Assembly (NCBI GenBank): GCA_964016885.1
Contig: OZ024756.1
Location: 7,936,001-8,000,000, forward strand
Reading direction: 5' to 3'
DNA length: 64,000 nt
Source of the DNA: Eledone cirrhosa
Lineage: Eukaryota
In this document: piece by piece, positions 1 through 16,900 of the stretch
How positions within the stretch are numbered: the first letter of the stretch is position 1
Layout: each line of letters begins with the position of its first letter
Program-made: the position numbers and the translations under genes
The notes under the pieces: generated by a model
What the model saw: only the letters and a program-made list of their open reading frames with translations
Told to the model about the DNA's origin: nothing
The model's database searches: none

Positions 1-3000
1 ATCGTACTCTCTACATTATCTAATCTATAGTCTTCTTATATATATCTCACCCTCTACATTATCTAATCTATAGTCTTACTATATCACACTCTTTACATTA
101 TCTAATCTATAGTCTTACTATATATATCACACTCTCTACATTATCTAATCTATAGTCTTACTATATATATCCCACTCTCTTCATTATCTAATCTATAGTC
201 TTACTATATCGCACTCTCTACAATATCTAATCTATAATCTTACTATATCACACTCTCTACATTATCTAATCTATATTCTTACTACATATATCACACTCTC
301 TACATTATCGAACTTATAATCTTACTATATATATCTCACTCTCTACATTAACTAATCTATAGTATTACTATATCACACACTCTACATTATTTATTCTATA
401 GTCTTACTATATCACACTCTGTACATTATCTAATCTATAGTCTTACCATATCGCACTCTCTACATTGTCTAATCTATAGTCTTACTATATGACACTCTCT
501 ACATTATCTAATCTATAGTCTTACTATATCTCACTCTCTAATTTATCTAATCTATAGTCTTACTATATCACAGTCTCTCCATTATCTAATCTATAGTCTT
601 ACTATATATATCACACTCTCTACATTATATAATCTATAGCCTTACTTTATCACACTCGCTACATTATCTAATCTAGATGTCTTACTATATATATCACACT
701 CTCTACATTATCTAATCTATAGAGTTACTATATATATCACACTCTCTACATTATCTAATCTATAGTTTTACTATATCGCACTCTCTACATTATCTAATCT
801 ATAGTCTTACTATATCACATTCTCTACATTATCTAATCTATACCCTTACTATATATATCACACTCTCTACATTATCTATTCTATAGTCTTACTATATATA
901 TCACACTCTCTACATTATCTAATCTATAGTCTTACTATATATATCACCCTCTACATTATCTAATCTATAGTCTTACTATATATATCACACTCTCTACATT
1001 ATCTAATCTATAGTGTTGCTACATATATCACACTCTTTACAATATCTAATATATAGTCTTACTATATCACACTCTCTACATTATCTAATCTATATTCTTA
1101 CTACATATATCACACTCTCTACATTATCGAACTTATAATCTTACTATATATATCTCACTCTCTACATTATCTAATCTATAGTATTACTATATCACACTCT
1201 CTACATTATTTATTCTATAGTCTTACTATATCACACTCTGTACATTATCTAATCTATAGTCTTACCATATCGCACTCTCTACATTGTCTAATCTATAGTC
1301 TTACTATATGACACTCTCTACATTATCTAATCTATAGTCTTACTAAATCTCACTCTCTACATTATCTAATCTATAATTTACTATATCACAGTCTCTACTT
1401 TATCTAATCTATAGTCTTACTATATATATCACATTCTCTACATTATCTAATCTATAGTCTTACTATATCACACTCTCTACATTATCTAATCTATAGTCTT
1501 ACTATATCTCACTCTCTACATTATCTAAACTATAGTCTTACTATATCACAGTCTCTACATTATCTAATCTATTGTCTTACTATATATATCACACTCTCTA
1601 CATTATCTACTCTATAGTCTTACTATATATATATCACACTCTCTACATTATCTGATCGATAGTCTTACTATATATATCACCCTCTACATTATCTAATCTA
1701 TAGTCTTACTATATATATCACAATCTCTACATTATCTAATCTATAGTGTTACTACATATATCACACCCTCTACAATATCTAATCTATAATCTTACTATAT
1801 CACACTCTCTACATTATCTAATCTATATTCTTACTACATATATCACACTCTCTACATTATCGAACTTATAATCTTACTATATATATCTCACTCTCTACAT
1901 TATCTAATCTATAGTATTACTATATCACACTCTCTACATTATTTATTCTATAGTCTTACTATATCACACTCTGTACATTATCTAATCTATAGGCTTACTA
2001 TATCACACTCTCTACATTGTCTAATCTATAGTCTTACTATATGACACTCTCTACATTATCTAATGTATAGTCTTACTATATCTCACTCTCTAAATTATCT
2101 ATTCTATAGTCTTACTATATCACAGTCTCTACATTATCTAATCTATAGTCTTACTATATCACACTCTCTATATTACCTAATCTAGATGTCTTACTATATA
2201 TATCACACTCTCTACATTATCTAATCTATAAAATTACTATATATATCACACTCTCTACATTATCTAATCTATAGTTTTAATATATCGTACTCTCTACATT
2301 ATCTAATCTATAGTCTTACTATATATATCTCACCCTCTACATTATCTAATCTATAGTCTTACTATATCACACTCTTTACATTATCTAATCTATAGTCTTA
2401 CTATATATATCACACTCTTTACATTATCTAATCTATAGTCTTACTATATATATCACCGTTTACATTATCTAATCTATAGTCTTACTATATATATCACACT
2501 CTCTACATTATCTAATCTATAGTCTTACTATATATATCCCACTCTCTTCATTATCTAATCTATAGTCTTACTATATCGCACTCTCTACAATATCTAATCT
2601 AAAATCTTACTATATCACACTCTCTACATTATCTAATCTATAGTCTTACTATATATATCACCCTCTACATTATCTAATCTATAGTCTTACTATATATATC
2701 ACACTCTCTACATTATCTAATCTATAGTGTTGCTACATATATCACACTCTCTACAATATCTAATATATAGTCTTACTATATCACACTCTCTACATTATCT
2801 AATCTATATTCTTACTACATATATCACACTCTCTACATTATCTGATCTATAATCTTACTATATATATCTCACTCTCTACATTATCTAATCTATAGTATTA
2901 CTATATCACACTCTCTACATTATTTATTCTATAGTCTTACTATATCACACTCTGTACATTATCTAATCTATAGTCTTACTATATCACACTCTCTACATTG

Positions 3001-3026
3001 TCTAATCTATAGTCTTATCATATGAC

Positions 3027-6000
3027 ACTCTCTACATTATCTAATCTATAGTCTTACTATATCTCACTCTCTACATTATCTATTCTATAGTCTTACTATA
3101 TCACAGTCTCTACATTATATAATCTATAGTCTTACTATATCACACTCTCTACATTACCTAATCTAGATGTCTTACTATATATATCACACTCTCTACATTA
3201 TCTAATCTATAGAATTACTATATATATCACACTCTCTACATTATCTAATCTATAGTTTTAATATATCGTACTCTCTACATTATCTAATCTATAGTCTTCT
3301 TATATATATCTCACCCTCTACATTATCTAATCTATAGTCTTACTATATCACACTCTTTACATTATCTAATCTATAGTCTTACTATATATATCACACTCTT
3401 TACATTATCTAATCTATAGTCTTACTATATATATCACCGTCTACATTATCTAATCTATAGTCTTACTATATATATCACCCTCTCTACATTATCTAATCTA
3501 TAGTCTTACTATACATATCCCACTCTCTTCATTATCTAATCTATAGTCTTACTATATCGCACTCTCTACAATATCTAATCTATAATCTTACTATATCACA
3601 CTCTCTACATTATCTAATCTATATTCTTACTACATATATCACACTCTCTACATTATCGAACTTATAATCTTACTATATATATCTCACTCTCTACATTAAC
3701 TAATCTATAGTATTACTATATCACACTCTCTACATTATTTATTCTATAGTCTTACTATATCACACTCTATACATTATCTAATCTATAGTCTTACTATATC
3801 ACACTCTCTACATTATTTATTCTATAGTCTTACTATATCACACTCTGTACATTATCTAATCGATAGTCTTACCATATCGCACTCTCTACATTGTCTAATC
3901 TATAGTGTTACTATATGACACTCTCTACATTATCTAATCTATAGTCTTACTATATCTCACTCTCTACATTATCTAATCTATAGTCTTACTATATCACAGT
4001 CTCTCCATTATCTAATCTATAGTCTTACTATATATATCACACTCTCTACATTATCTAATCTATAGCCTTACTGTATCACACTCGCTACATTATCTAATCT
4101 AGATGTCTTACTATATATATCGCACTCTCTACATTATCTAATCTATAGTCTTACTATATCACATTCTCTACATTATCTAATCTATACCCTTACTATATAT
4201 ATCACACTCTCTACATTATCTATTCTATAGTCTTACTATATATATCACACTCTCTACATTATCTAATCTATAGTTTTACTATATATATCACCCTCTACAT
4301 TATCTAATCTATAGTCTTACTATATATATCACACTCTCTACATTATCTAATCTATAGTGTTGCTACATATATCACACTCTCTACAATATCTAATATATAG
4401 TCTTACTATATCACACTCTCTACATTATGTAATCTATATTCTTACTACATATATCACACTCTCTACATTATCTGATCTATAATCTTACTATATATATCTC
4501 ACTCTCTACATTATCTAATCTATAGTATTACTATATCACACTCTCTACATTATTTATTCTATAGTCTTACTATATCACACTCTGTACATTATCTAATCTA
4601 TAGTCTTACTATATATATCCCACTCGCTTCATTATCTAATCTATAGTCTTATTATATCGCACTCTCTACAATATCTAATCTATAATCTTACTATATCACA
4701 CTCTCTACATTATCTAATCTATATTCTTACTACATATATCACACTCTCTACATTATCGAACTTATAATCTTACTATATATATCTCACTCTCTACATTATC
4801 TAATCTATAGTATTACTATATCACACTCTCTACATTATTTATTCTATAGTCTTACTATATCACACTCTGTACATTATCTAATCTATAGTCTTACCATATC
4901 GCACTCTCTACATTGTCTAATCTATAGTCTTACTATATGACACTCTCTACATTATCTAATCTATAGTCTTACTATATCTCACTCTCTACATTATCTAATC
5001 TATAGTCTTACTATATCACAGTCTCTATTTTATCTAATCTATAGTCTTACTATATATATCACACTCTCTACATTATCTAATCTATAGTCTTACTATATCA
5101 CACTCTCTACATTATCTAATCTATAGTCTTACTATATCTCACTCTCTACATTATCTAAACTATAGTCTTACTATATCACAGTCTCTACATTATCTAATCT
5201 ATTGTCTTACTATATATATCACACTCTCTACATTATCTACTCTATAGCCTTACTATATATATCACACTCTCTACATTATCTAATCGATAGTCTTACTATA
5301 TATATCACCCTCTACATTATCTAATCTATAGTCTTACTATATATATCACACTCTCTACATTATCTAATCTATAGTGTTACTACATATATCACACCCTCTA
5401 CAATATCTAATCTATAATCTTACTATATCACACTCTCTACATTATCTAATCTATATTCTTACTACATATATCACACTCTCTACATTATCGAACTTATAAT
5501 CTTACTATATATATCTCACTCTCTACATTATCTAATCTATAGTATTACTATATCACACTCTCTACATTATTTATACTATAGTCTTACTATATCACACTCT
5601 GTACATTATCTAATATATAGTCTTACTATATCACACTCTCTACATTATCTAATCTATATTCTTACTACATATATCACACTCTCTACATTATCTGATCTAT
5701 AATCTTACTATATATATCTCACTCTCTACATTATCTAATCTATAGTATTACTATATCACACTCTCTACATTATTTATTCTATAGTCTTACTATATCACAC
5801 TCTGTACATTATCTAATCTATAGTCTTACTATATCACACTCTCTACATTGTCTAATCTATAGTCTTATCATATGACACTCTCTACATTATCTAATCTATA
5901 GTCTTACTATATCTCACTCTCTACATTATCTATTCTATAGTCTTACTATATCACAGTCTCTACATTATATAATCTATAGTCTTACTATATCACACTCTCT

Positions 6001-9000
6001 ACATTACCTAATCTAGATGTCTTACTATATATATCACACTCTCTACATTATCTAATCTATAGAATTACTATATATATCACACTCTCTACATTATCTAATC
6101 TATAGTTTTAATATATCGTACTCTCTACATTATCTAATCTATAGTCTTCTTATATATATCTCACCCTCTACATTATCTAATCTATAGTCTTACTATATCA
6201 CACTCTTTACATTATCTAATCTATAGTCTTACTATATATATCACACTCTTTACATTATCTAATCTATAGTCTTACTATATATATCACCGTCTACATTATC
6301 TAATCTATAGTCTTACTATATATATCACACTCTCTACATTATCTAATCTATAGTCTTACTATACATATCCCACTCTCTTCATTATCTAATCTATAGTCTT
6401 ACTATATCGCACTCTCTACAATATCTAATCTATAATCTTACTATATCACACTCTCTACATTATCTAATCTATATTCTTACTACATATATCACACTCTCTA
6501 CATTATCGAACTTATAATCTTACTATATATATCTCACTCTCTACATTAACTAATCTATAGTATTACTATATCACACTCTCTACATTATTTATTCTATAGT
6601 CTTACTATATCACACTCTATACATTATCTAATCTATAGTCTTACTATATCACACTCTCTACATTATTTATTCTATAGTCTTACTATATCACACTCTGTAC
6701 ATTATCTAATCGATAGTCTTACCATATCGCACTCTCTACATTGTCTAATCTATAGTGTTACTATATGACACTCTCTACATTATATAATCTATAGTCTTAC
6801 TATATCTCACTCTCTACATTATCTAATCTATAGTCTTACTATATCACAGTCTCTCCATTATCTAATCTATAGTCTTACTATATATATCACACTCTCTACA
6901 TTATCTAATCTATAGCCTTACTGTATCACACTCGCTACATTATCTAATCTAGATGTCTTACTATATATATCGCACTCTCTACATTATCTAATCTATAGTC
7001 TTACTATATCTCACTCTCTACATTATCTATTCTATAGTCTTACTATATCACAGTCTCTACATTATATAATCTATAGTCTTACTATATCACACTCTCTACA
7101 TTACCTAATCTAGATGTCTTACTATATATATCACACTCTCTACATTATCTAATCTATAGAATTACTATATATATCACACTCTCTACATTATCTAATCTAT
7201 AGTTTTAATATATCGTACTCTCTACATTATCTAATCTATAGTCTTCTTATATATATCTCACCCTCTACATTATCTAATCTATAGTCTTACTATATCACAC
7301 TCTTTACATTATCTAATCTATAGTCTTACTATATATATCACACTCTTTACATTATCTAATCTATAGTCTTACTATATATATCACCGTCTACATTATCTAA
7401 TCTATAGTCTTACTATATATATCACCCTCTCTACATTATCTAATCTATAGTCTTACTATACATATCCCACTCTCTTCATTATCTAATCTATAGTCTTACT
7501 ATATCGCACTCTCTACAATATCTAATCTATAATCTTACTATATCACACTCTCTACATTATCTAATCTATATTCTTACTACATATATTACACTCTCTACAT
7601 TATCGAACTTATAATCTTACTATATATATCTCACTCTCTACATTAACTAATCTATAGTATTACTATATCACACTCTCTACATTATTTATTCTATAGTCTT
7701 ACTATATCACACTCTATACATTATCTAATCTATAGTCTTACTATATCACACTCTCTACATTATTTATTCTATAGTCTTACTATATCACACTCTGTACATT
7801 ATCTAATCGATAGTCTTACCATATCGCACTCTCTACATTGTCTAATCTATAGTGTTACTATATGACACTCTCTACATTATCTAATCTATAGTCTTACTAT
7901 ATCTCACTCTCTACATTATCTAATCTATAGTCTTACTATATCACAGTCTCTCCATTATCTAATCTATAGTCTTACTATATATATCACACTCTCTACATTA
8001 TCTAATCTATAGCCTTACTGTATCACACTCGCTACATTATCTAATCTAGATGTCTTACTATATATATCGCACTCTCTACATTATCTAATCTATAGTCTTA
8101 CTATATCACATTCTCTACATTATCTAATCTATACCCTTACTATATATATCACACTCTCTACATTATCTATTCTATAGTCTTACTATATATATCACACTCT
8201 CTACATTATCTAATCTATAGTTTTACTATATATATCACCCTCTACATTATCTAATCTATAGTCTTACTATATATATCACACTCTCTACATTATCTAATCT
8301 ATAGTGTTGCTACATATATCACACTCTCTACAATATCTAATATATAGTCTTACTATATCACACTCTCTACATTATGTAATCTATATTCTTACTACATATA
8401 TCACACTCTCTACATTATCTGATCTATAATCTTACTATATATATCTCACTCTCTACATTATCTAATCTATAGTATTACTATATCACACTCTCTACATTAT
8501 TTATTCTATAGTCTTACTATATCACACTCTGTACATTATCTAATCTATAGTCTTACTATATATATCCCACTCGCTTCATTATCTAATCTATAGTCTTATT
8601 ATATCGCACTCTCTACAATATCTAATCTATAATCTTACTATATCACACTCTCTACATTATCTAATCTATATTCTTACTACATATATCACACTCTCTACAT
8701 TATCGAACTTATAATCTTACTATATATATCTCACTCTCTACATTATCTAATCTATAGTATTACTATATCACACTCTCTACATTATTTATTCTATAGTCTT
8801 ACTATATCACACTCTGTACATTATCTAATCTATAGTCTTACCATATCGCACTCTCTACATTGTCTAATCTATAGTCTTACTATATGACACTCTCTACATT
8901 ATCTAATCTATAGTCTTACTATATCTCACTCTCTACATTATCTAATCTATAGTCTTACTATATCACAGTCTCTATTTTATCTAATCTATAGTCTTACTAT

Positions 9001-10920
9001 ATATATCACACTCTCTACATTATCTAATCTATAGTCTTACTATATCACACTCTCTACATTATCTAATCTATAGTCTTACTATATCTCACTCTCTACATTA
9101 TCTAAACTATAGTCTTACTATATCACAGTCTCTACATTATCTAATCTATTGTCTTACTATATATATCACACTCTCTACATTATCTACTCTATAGCCTTAC
9201 TATATATATCACACTCTCTACATTATCTAATCGATAGTCTTACTATATATATCACCCTCTACATTATCTAATCTATAGTCTTACTATATATATCACACTC
9301 TCTACATTATCTAATCTATAGTGTTACTACATATATCACACCCTCTACAATATCTAATCTATAATCTTACTATATCACACTCTCTACATTATCTAATCTA
9401 TATTCTTACTACATATATCACACTCTCTACATTATCGAACTTATAATCTTACTATATATATCTCACTCTCTACATTATCTAATCTATAGTATTACTATAT
9501 CACACTCTCTACATTATTTATACTATAGTCTTACTATATCACACTCTGTACATTATCTAATATATAGTCTTACTATATCACACTCTCTACATTATCTAAT
9601 CTATATTCTTACTACATATATCACACTCTCTACATTATCTGATCTATAATCTTACTATATATATCTCACTCTCTACATTATCTAATCTATAGTATTACTA
9701 TATCACACTCTCTACATTATTTATTCTATAGTCTTACTATATCACACTCTGTACATTATCTAATCTATAGTCTTACTATATCACACTCTCTACATTGTCT
9801 AATCTATAGTCTTATCATATGACACTCTCTACATTATCTAATCTATAGTCTTACTATATCTCACTCTCTACATTATCTATTCTATAGTCTTACTATATCA
9901 CAGTCTCTACATTATATAATCTATAGTCTTACTATATCACACTCTCTACATTACCTAATCTAGATGTCTTACTATATATATCACACTCTCTACATTATCT
10001 AATCTATAGAATTACTATATATATCACACTCTCTACATTATCTAATCTATAGTTTTAATATATCGTACTCTCTACATTATCTAATCTATAGTCTTCTTAT
10101 ATATATCTCACCCTCTACATTATCTAATCTATAGTCTTACTATATCACACTCTTTACATTATCTAATCTATAGTCTTACTATATATATCACACTCTTTAC
10201 ATTATCTAATCTATAGTCTTACTATATATATCACCGTCTACATTATCTAATCTATAGTCTTACTATATATATCACACTCTCTACATTATCTAATCTATAG
10301 TCTTACTATACATATCCCACTCTCTTCATTATCTAATCTATAGTCTTACTATATCGCACTCTCTACAATATCTAATCTATAATCTTACTATATCACACTC
10401 TCTACATTATCTAATCTATATTCTTACTACATATATCACACTCTCTACATTATCGAACTTATAATCTTACTATATATATCTCACTCTCTACATTAACTAA
10501 TCTATAGTATTACTATATCACACTCTCTACATTATTTATTCTATAGTCTTACTATATCACACTCTATACATTATCTAATCTATAGTCTTACTATATCACA
10601 CTCTCTACATTATTTATTCTATAGTCTTACTATATCACACTCTGTACATTATCTAATCGATAGTCTTACCATATCGCACTCTCTACATTGTCTAATCTAT
10701 AGTGTTACTATATGACACTCTCTACATTATATAATCTATAGTCTTACTATATCTCACTCTCTACATTATCTAATCTATAGTCTTACTATATCACAGTCTC
10801 TCCATTATCTAATCTATAGTCTTACTATATATATCACACTCTCTACATTATCTAATCTATAGCCTTACTGTATCACACTCGCTACATTATCTAATCTAGA
10901 TGTCTTACTATATATATCGC
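3027..10920. repeat. Tandem duplication, 2 x 3947 bp
   Basis: Marker offsets are all 3947: CGTACT 3267/7214 and 6117/10064; CACTCGCTTC 4621/8568. Confidence 0.9.
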
Positions 10921-13900
10921 ACTCTCTACATTATCTAATCTATAGTCTTACTATATATATCACACTCTCTACATTATCTAATCTATAGTGTTGCTACATA
11001 TATCACACTCTTTACAATATCTAATATATAGTCTTACTATATCACACTCTCTACATTATCTAATCTATATTCTTACTACATATATCACACTCTCTACATT
11101 ATCGAACTTATAATCTTACTATATATATCTCACTCTCTACATTATCTAATCTATAGTATTACTATATCACACTCTCTACATTATTTATTCTATAGTCTTA
11201 CTATATCACACTCTGTACATTATCTAATCTATAGTCTTACCATATCGCACTCTCTACATTGTCTAATCTATAGTCTTACTATATGACACTCTCTACATTA
11301 TCTAATCTATAGTCTTACTATATCTCACTCTCTACATTATCTAATCTATAATTTACTATATCACAGTCTCTACTTTATCTAATCTATAGTCTTACTATAT
11401 ATATCACATTCTCTACATTATCTAATCTATAGTCTTACTATATCACACTCTCTACATTATCTAATCTATAGTCTTACTATATCTCACTCTCTACATTATC
11501 TAAACTATAGTCTTACTATATCACAGTCTCTACATTATCTAATCTATTGTCTTACTATATATATCACACTCTCTACATTATCTACTCTATAGTCTTACTA
11601 TATATATATCACACTCTCTACATTATCTGATCGATAGTCTTACTATATATATCACCCTCTACATTATCTAATCTATAGTCTTACTATATCACACTCTCTA
11701 TATTACCTAATCTAGATGTCTTACTATATATATCACACTCTCTACATTATCTAATCTATAAAATTACTATATATATCACACTCTCTACATTATCTAATCT
11801 ATAGTTTTAATATATCGTACTCTCTACATTATCTAATCTATAGTCTTACTATATATATCTCACCCTCTACATTATCTAATCTATAGTCTTACTATATCAC
11901 ACTCTTTACATTATCTAATCTATAGTCTTACTATATATATCACACTCTTTACATTATCTAATCTATAGTCTTACTATATATATCACCGTTTACATTATCT
12001 AATCTATAGTCTTACTATATATATCACACTCTCTACATTATCTAATCTATAGTCTTACTATATATATCCCACTCTCTTCATTATCTAATCTATAGTCTTA
12101 CTATATCGCACTCTCTACAATATCTAATCTAAAATCTTACTATATCACACTCTCTACATTATCTAATCTATAGTCTTACTATATATATCACCCTCTACAT
12201 TATCTAATCTATAGTCTTACTATATATATCACACTCTCTACATTATCTAATCTATAGTGTTGCTACATATATCACACTCTCTACAATATCTAATATATAG
12301 TCTTACTATATCACACTCTCTACATTATCTAATCTATATTCTTACTACATATATCACACTCTCTACATTATCTGATCTATAATCTTACTATATATATCTC
12401 ACTCTCTACATTATCTAATCTATAGTATTACTATATCACACTCTCTACATTATTTATTCTATAGTCTTACTATATCACACTCTGTACATTATCTAATCTA
12501 TAGTCTTACTATATCACACTCTCTACATTGTCTAATCTATAGTCTTATCATATGACACTCTCTACATTATCTAATCTATAGTCTTACTATATCTCACTCT
12601 CTACATTATCTATTCTATAGTCTTACTATATCACAGTCTCTACATTATATAATCTATAGTCTTACTATATCACACTCTCTACATTACCTAATCTAGATGT
12701 CTTACTATATATATCACACTCTCTACATTATCTAATCTATAGAATTACTATATATATCACACTCTCTACATTATCTAATCTATAGTTTTAATATATCGTA
12801 CTCTCTACATTATCTAATCTATAGTCTTCTTATATATATCTCACCCTCTACATTATCTAATCTATAGTCTTACTATATCACACTCTTTACATTATCTAAT
12901 CTATAGTCTTACTATATATATCACACTCTTTACATTATCTAATCTATAGTCTTACTATATATATCACCGTCTACATTATCTAATCTATAGTCTTACTATA
13001 TATATCACACTCTCTACATTATCTAATCTATAGTCTTACTATACATATCCCACTCTCTTCATTATCTAATCTATAGTCTTACTATATCGCACTCTCTACA
13101 ATATCTAATCTATAATCTTACTATATCACACTCTCTACATTATCTAATCTATATTCTTACTACATATATCACACTCTCTACATTATCGAACTTATAATCT
13201 TACTATATATATCTCACTCTCTACATTAACTAATCTATAGTATTACTATATCACACTCTCTACATTATTTATTCTATAGTCTTACTATATCACACTCTAT
13301 ACATTATCTAATCTATAGTCTTACTATATCACACTCTCTACATTATTTATTCTATAGTCTTACTATATCACACTCTGTACATTATCTAATCGATAGTCTT
13401 ACCATATCGCACTCTCTACATTGTCTAATCTATAGTGTTACTATATGACACTCTCTACATTATATAATCTATAGTCTTACTATATCTCACTCTCTACATT
13501 ATCTAATCTATAGTCTTACTATATCACAGTCTCTCCATTATCTAATCTATAGTCTTACTATATATATCACACTCTCTACATTATCTAATCTATAGCCTTA
13601 CTGTATCACACTCGCTACATTATCTAATCTAGATGTCTTACTATATATATCGCACTCTCTACATTATCTAATCTATAGTGTTGCTACATATATCACACTC
13701 TTTACAATATCTAATATATAGTCTTACTATATCACACTCTCTACATTATCTAATCTATATTCTTACTACATATATCACACTCTCTACATTATCGAACTTA
13801 TAATCTTACTATATATATCTCACTCTCTACATTATCTAATCTATAGTATTACTATATCACACTCTCTACATTATTTATTCTATAGTCTTACTATATCACA

Positions 13901-16900
13901 CTCTGTACATTATCTAATCTATAGTCTTACCATATCGCACTCTCTACATTGTCTAATCTATAGTCTTACTATATGACACTCTCTACATTATCTAATCTAT
14001 AGTCTTACTATATCTCACTCTCTACATTATCTAATCTATAATTTACTATATCACAGTCTCTACTTTATCTAATCTATAGTCTTACTATATATATCACATT
14101 CTCTACATTATCTAATCTATAGTCTTACTATATCACACTCTCTACATTATCTAATCTATAGTCTTACTATATCTCACTCTCTACATTATCTAAACTATAG
14201 TCTTACTATATCACAGTCTCTACATTATCTAATCTATTGTCTTACTATATATATCACACTCTCTACATTATCTACTCTATAGTCTTACTATATATATATC
14301 ACACTCTCTACATTATCTGATCGATAGTCTTACTATATATATCACCCTCTACATTATCTAATCTATAGTCTTACTATATCACACTCTCTATATTACCTAA
14401 TCTAGATGTCTTACTATATATATCACACTCTCTACATTATCTAATCTATAAAATTACTATATATATCACACTCTCTACATTATCTAATCTATAGTTTTAA
14501 TATATCGTACTCTCTACATTATCTAATCTATAGTCTTACTATATATATCTCACCCTCTACATTATCTAATCTATAGTCTTACTATATCACACTCTTTACA
14601 TTATCTAATCTATAGTCTTACTATATATATCACACTCTTTACATTATCTAATCTATAGTCTTACTATATATATCACCGTTTACATTATCTAATCTATAGT
14701 CTTACTATATATATCACACTCTCTACATTATCTAATCTATAGTCTTACTATATATATCCCACTCTCTTCATTATCTAATCTATAGTCTTACTATATCGCA
14801 CTCTCTACAATATCTAATCTAAAATCTTACTATATCACACTCTCTACATTATCTAATCTATAGTCTTACTATATATATCACCCTCTACATTATCTAATCT
14901 ATAGTCTTACTATATATATCACACTCTCTACATTATCTAATCTATAGTGTTGCTACATATATCACACTCTCTACAATATCTAATATATAGTCTTACTATA
15001 TCACACTCTCTACATTATCTAATCTATATTCTTACTACATATATCACACTCTCTACATTATCTGATCTATAATCTTACTATATATATCTCACTCTCTACA
15101 TTATCTAATCTATAGTATTACTATATCACACTCTCTACATTATTTATTCTATAGTCTTACTATATCACACTCTGTACATTATCTAATCTATAGTCTTACT
15201 ATATCACACTCTCTACATTGTCTAATCTATAGTCTTATCATATGACACTCTCTACATTATCTAATCTATAGTCTTACTATATCTCACTCTCTACATTATC
15301 TATTCTATAGTCTTACTATATCACAGTCTCTACATTATATAATCTATAGTCTTACTATATCACACTCTCTACATTACCTAATCTAGATGTCTTACTATAT
15401 ATATCACACTCTCTACATTATCTAATCTATAGTTTTAATATATCGTACTCTCTACATTATCTAATCTATAGTCTTCTTATATATATCTCACCCTCTACAT
15501 TATCTAATCTATAGTCTTACTATATCACACTCTTTACATTATCTAATCTATAGTCTTACTATATATATCACACTCTTTACATTATCTAATCTATAGTCTT
15601 ACTATATATATCACCGTCTACATTATCTAATCTATAGTCTTACTATATATATCACACTCTCTACATTATCTAATCTATAGTCTTACTATACATATCCCAC
15701 TCTCTTCATTATCTAATCTATAGTCTTACTATATCGCACTCTCTACAATATCTAATCTATAATCTTACTATATCACACTCTCTACATTATCTAATCTATA
15801 TTCTTACTACATATATCACACTCTCTACATTATCGAACTTATAATCTTACTATATATATCTCACTCTCTACATTAACTAATCTATAGTATTACTATATCA
15901 CACTCTCTACATTATTTATTCTATAGTCTTACTATATCACACTCTATACATTATCTAATCTATAGTCTTACTATATCACACTCTCTACATTATTTATTCT
16001 ATAGTCTTACTATATCACACTCTGTACATTATCTAATCGATAGTCTTACCATATCGCACTCTCTACATTGTCTAATCTATAGTGTTACTATATGACACTC
16101 TCTACATTATATAATCTATAGTCTTACTATATCTCACTCTCTACATTATCTAATCTATAGTCTTACTATATCACAGTCTCTCCATTATCTAATCTATAGT
16201 CTTACTATATATATCACACTCTCTACATTATCTAATCTATAGCCTTACTGTATCACACTCGCTACATTATCTAATCTAGATGTCTTACTATATATATCGC
16301 ACTCTCTACATTATCTAATCTATAGTCTTACTATATATATCACACTCTCTACATTATCTAATCTATAGTGTTGCTACATATATCACACTCTTTACAATAT
16401 CTAATATATAGTCTTACTATATCACACTCTCTACATTATCTAATCTATATTCTTACTACATATATCACACTCTCTACATTATCGAACTTATAATCTTACT
16501 ATATATATCTCACTCTCTACATTATCTAATCTATAGTATTACTATATCACACTCTCTACATTATTTATTCTATAGTCTTACTATATCACACTCTGTACAT
16601 TATCTAATCTATAGTCTTACCATATCGCACTCTCTACATTGTCTAATCTATAGTCTTACTATATGACACTCTCTACATTATCTAATCTATAGTCTTACTA
16701 TATCTCACTCTCTACATTATCTAATCTATAATTTACTATATCACAGTCTCTACTTTATCTAATCTATAGTCTTACTATATATATCACATTCTCTACATTA
16801 TCTAATCTATAGTCTTACTATATCACACTCTCTACATTATCTAATCTATAGTCTTACTATATCACACTCTCTACATTATCTAATCTATAGTCTTACTATA

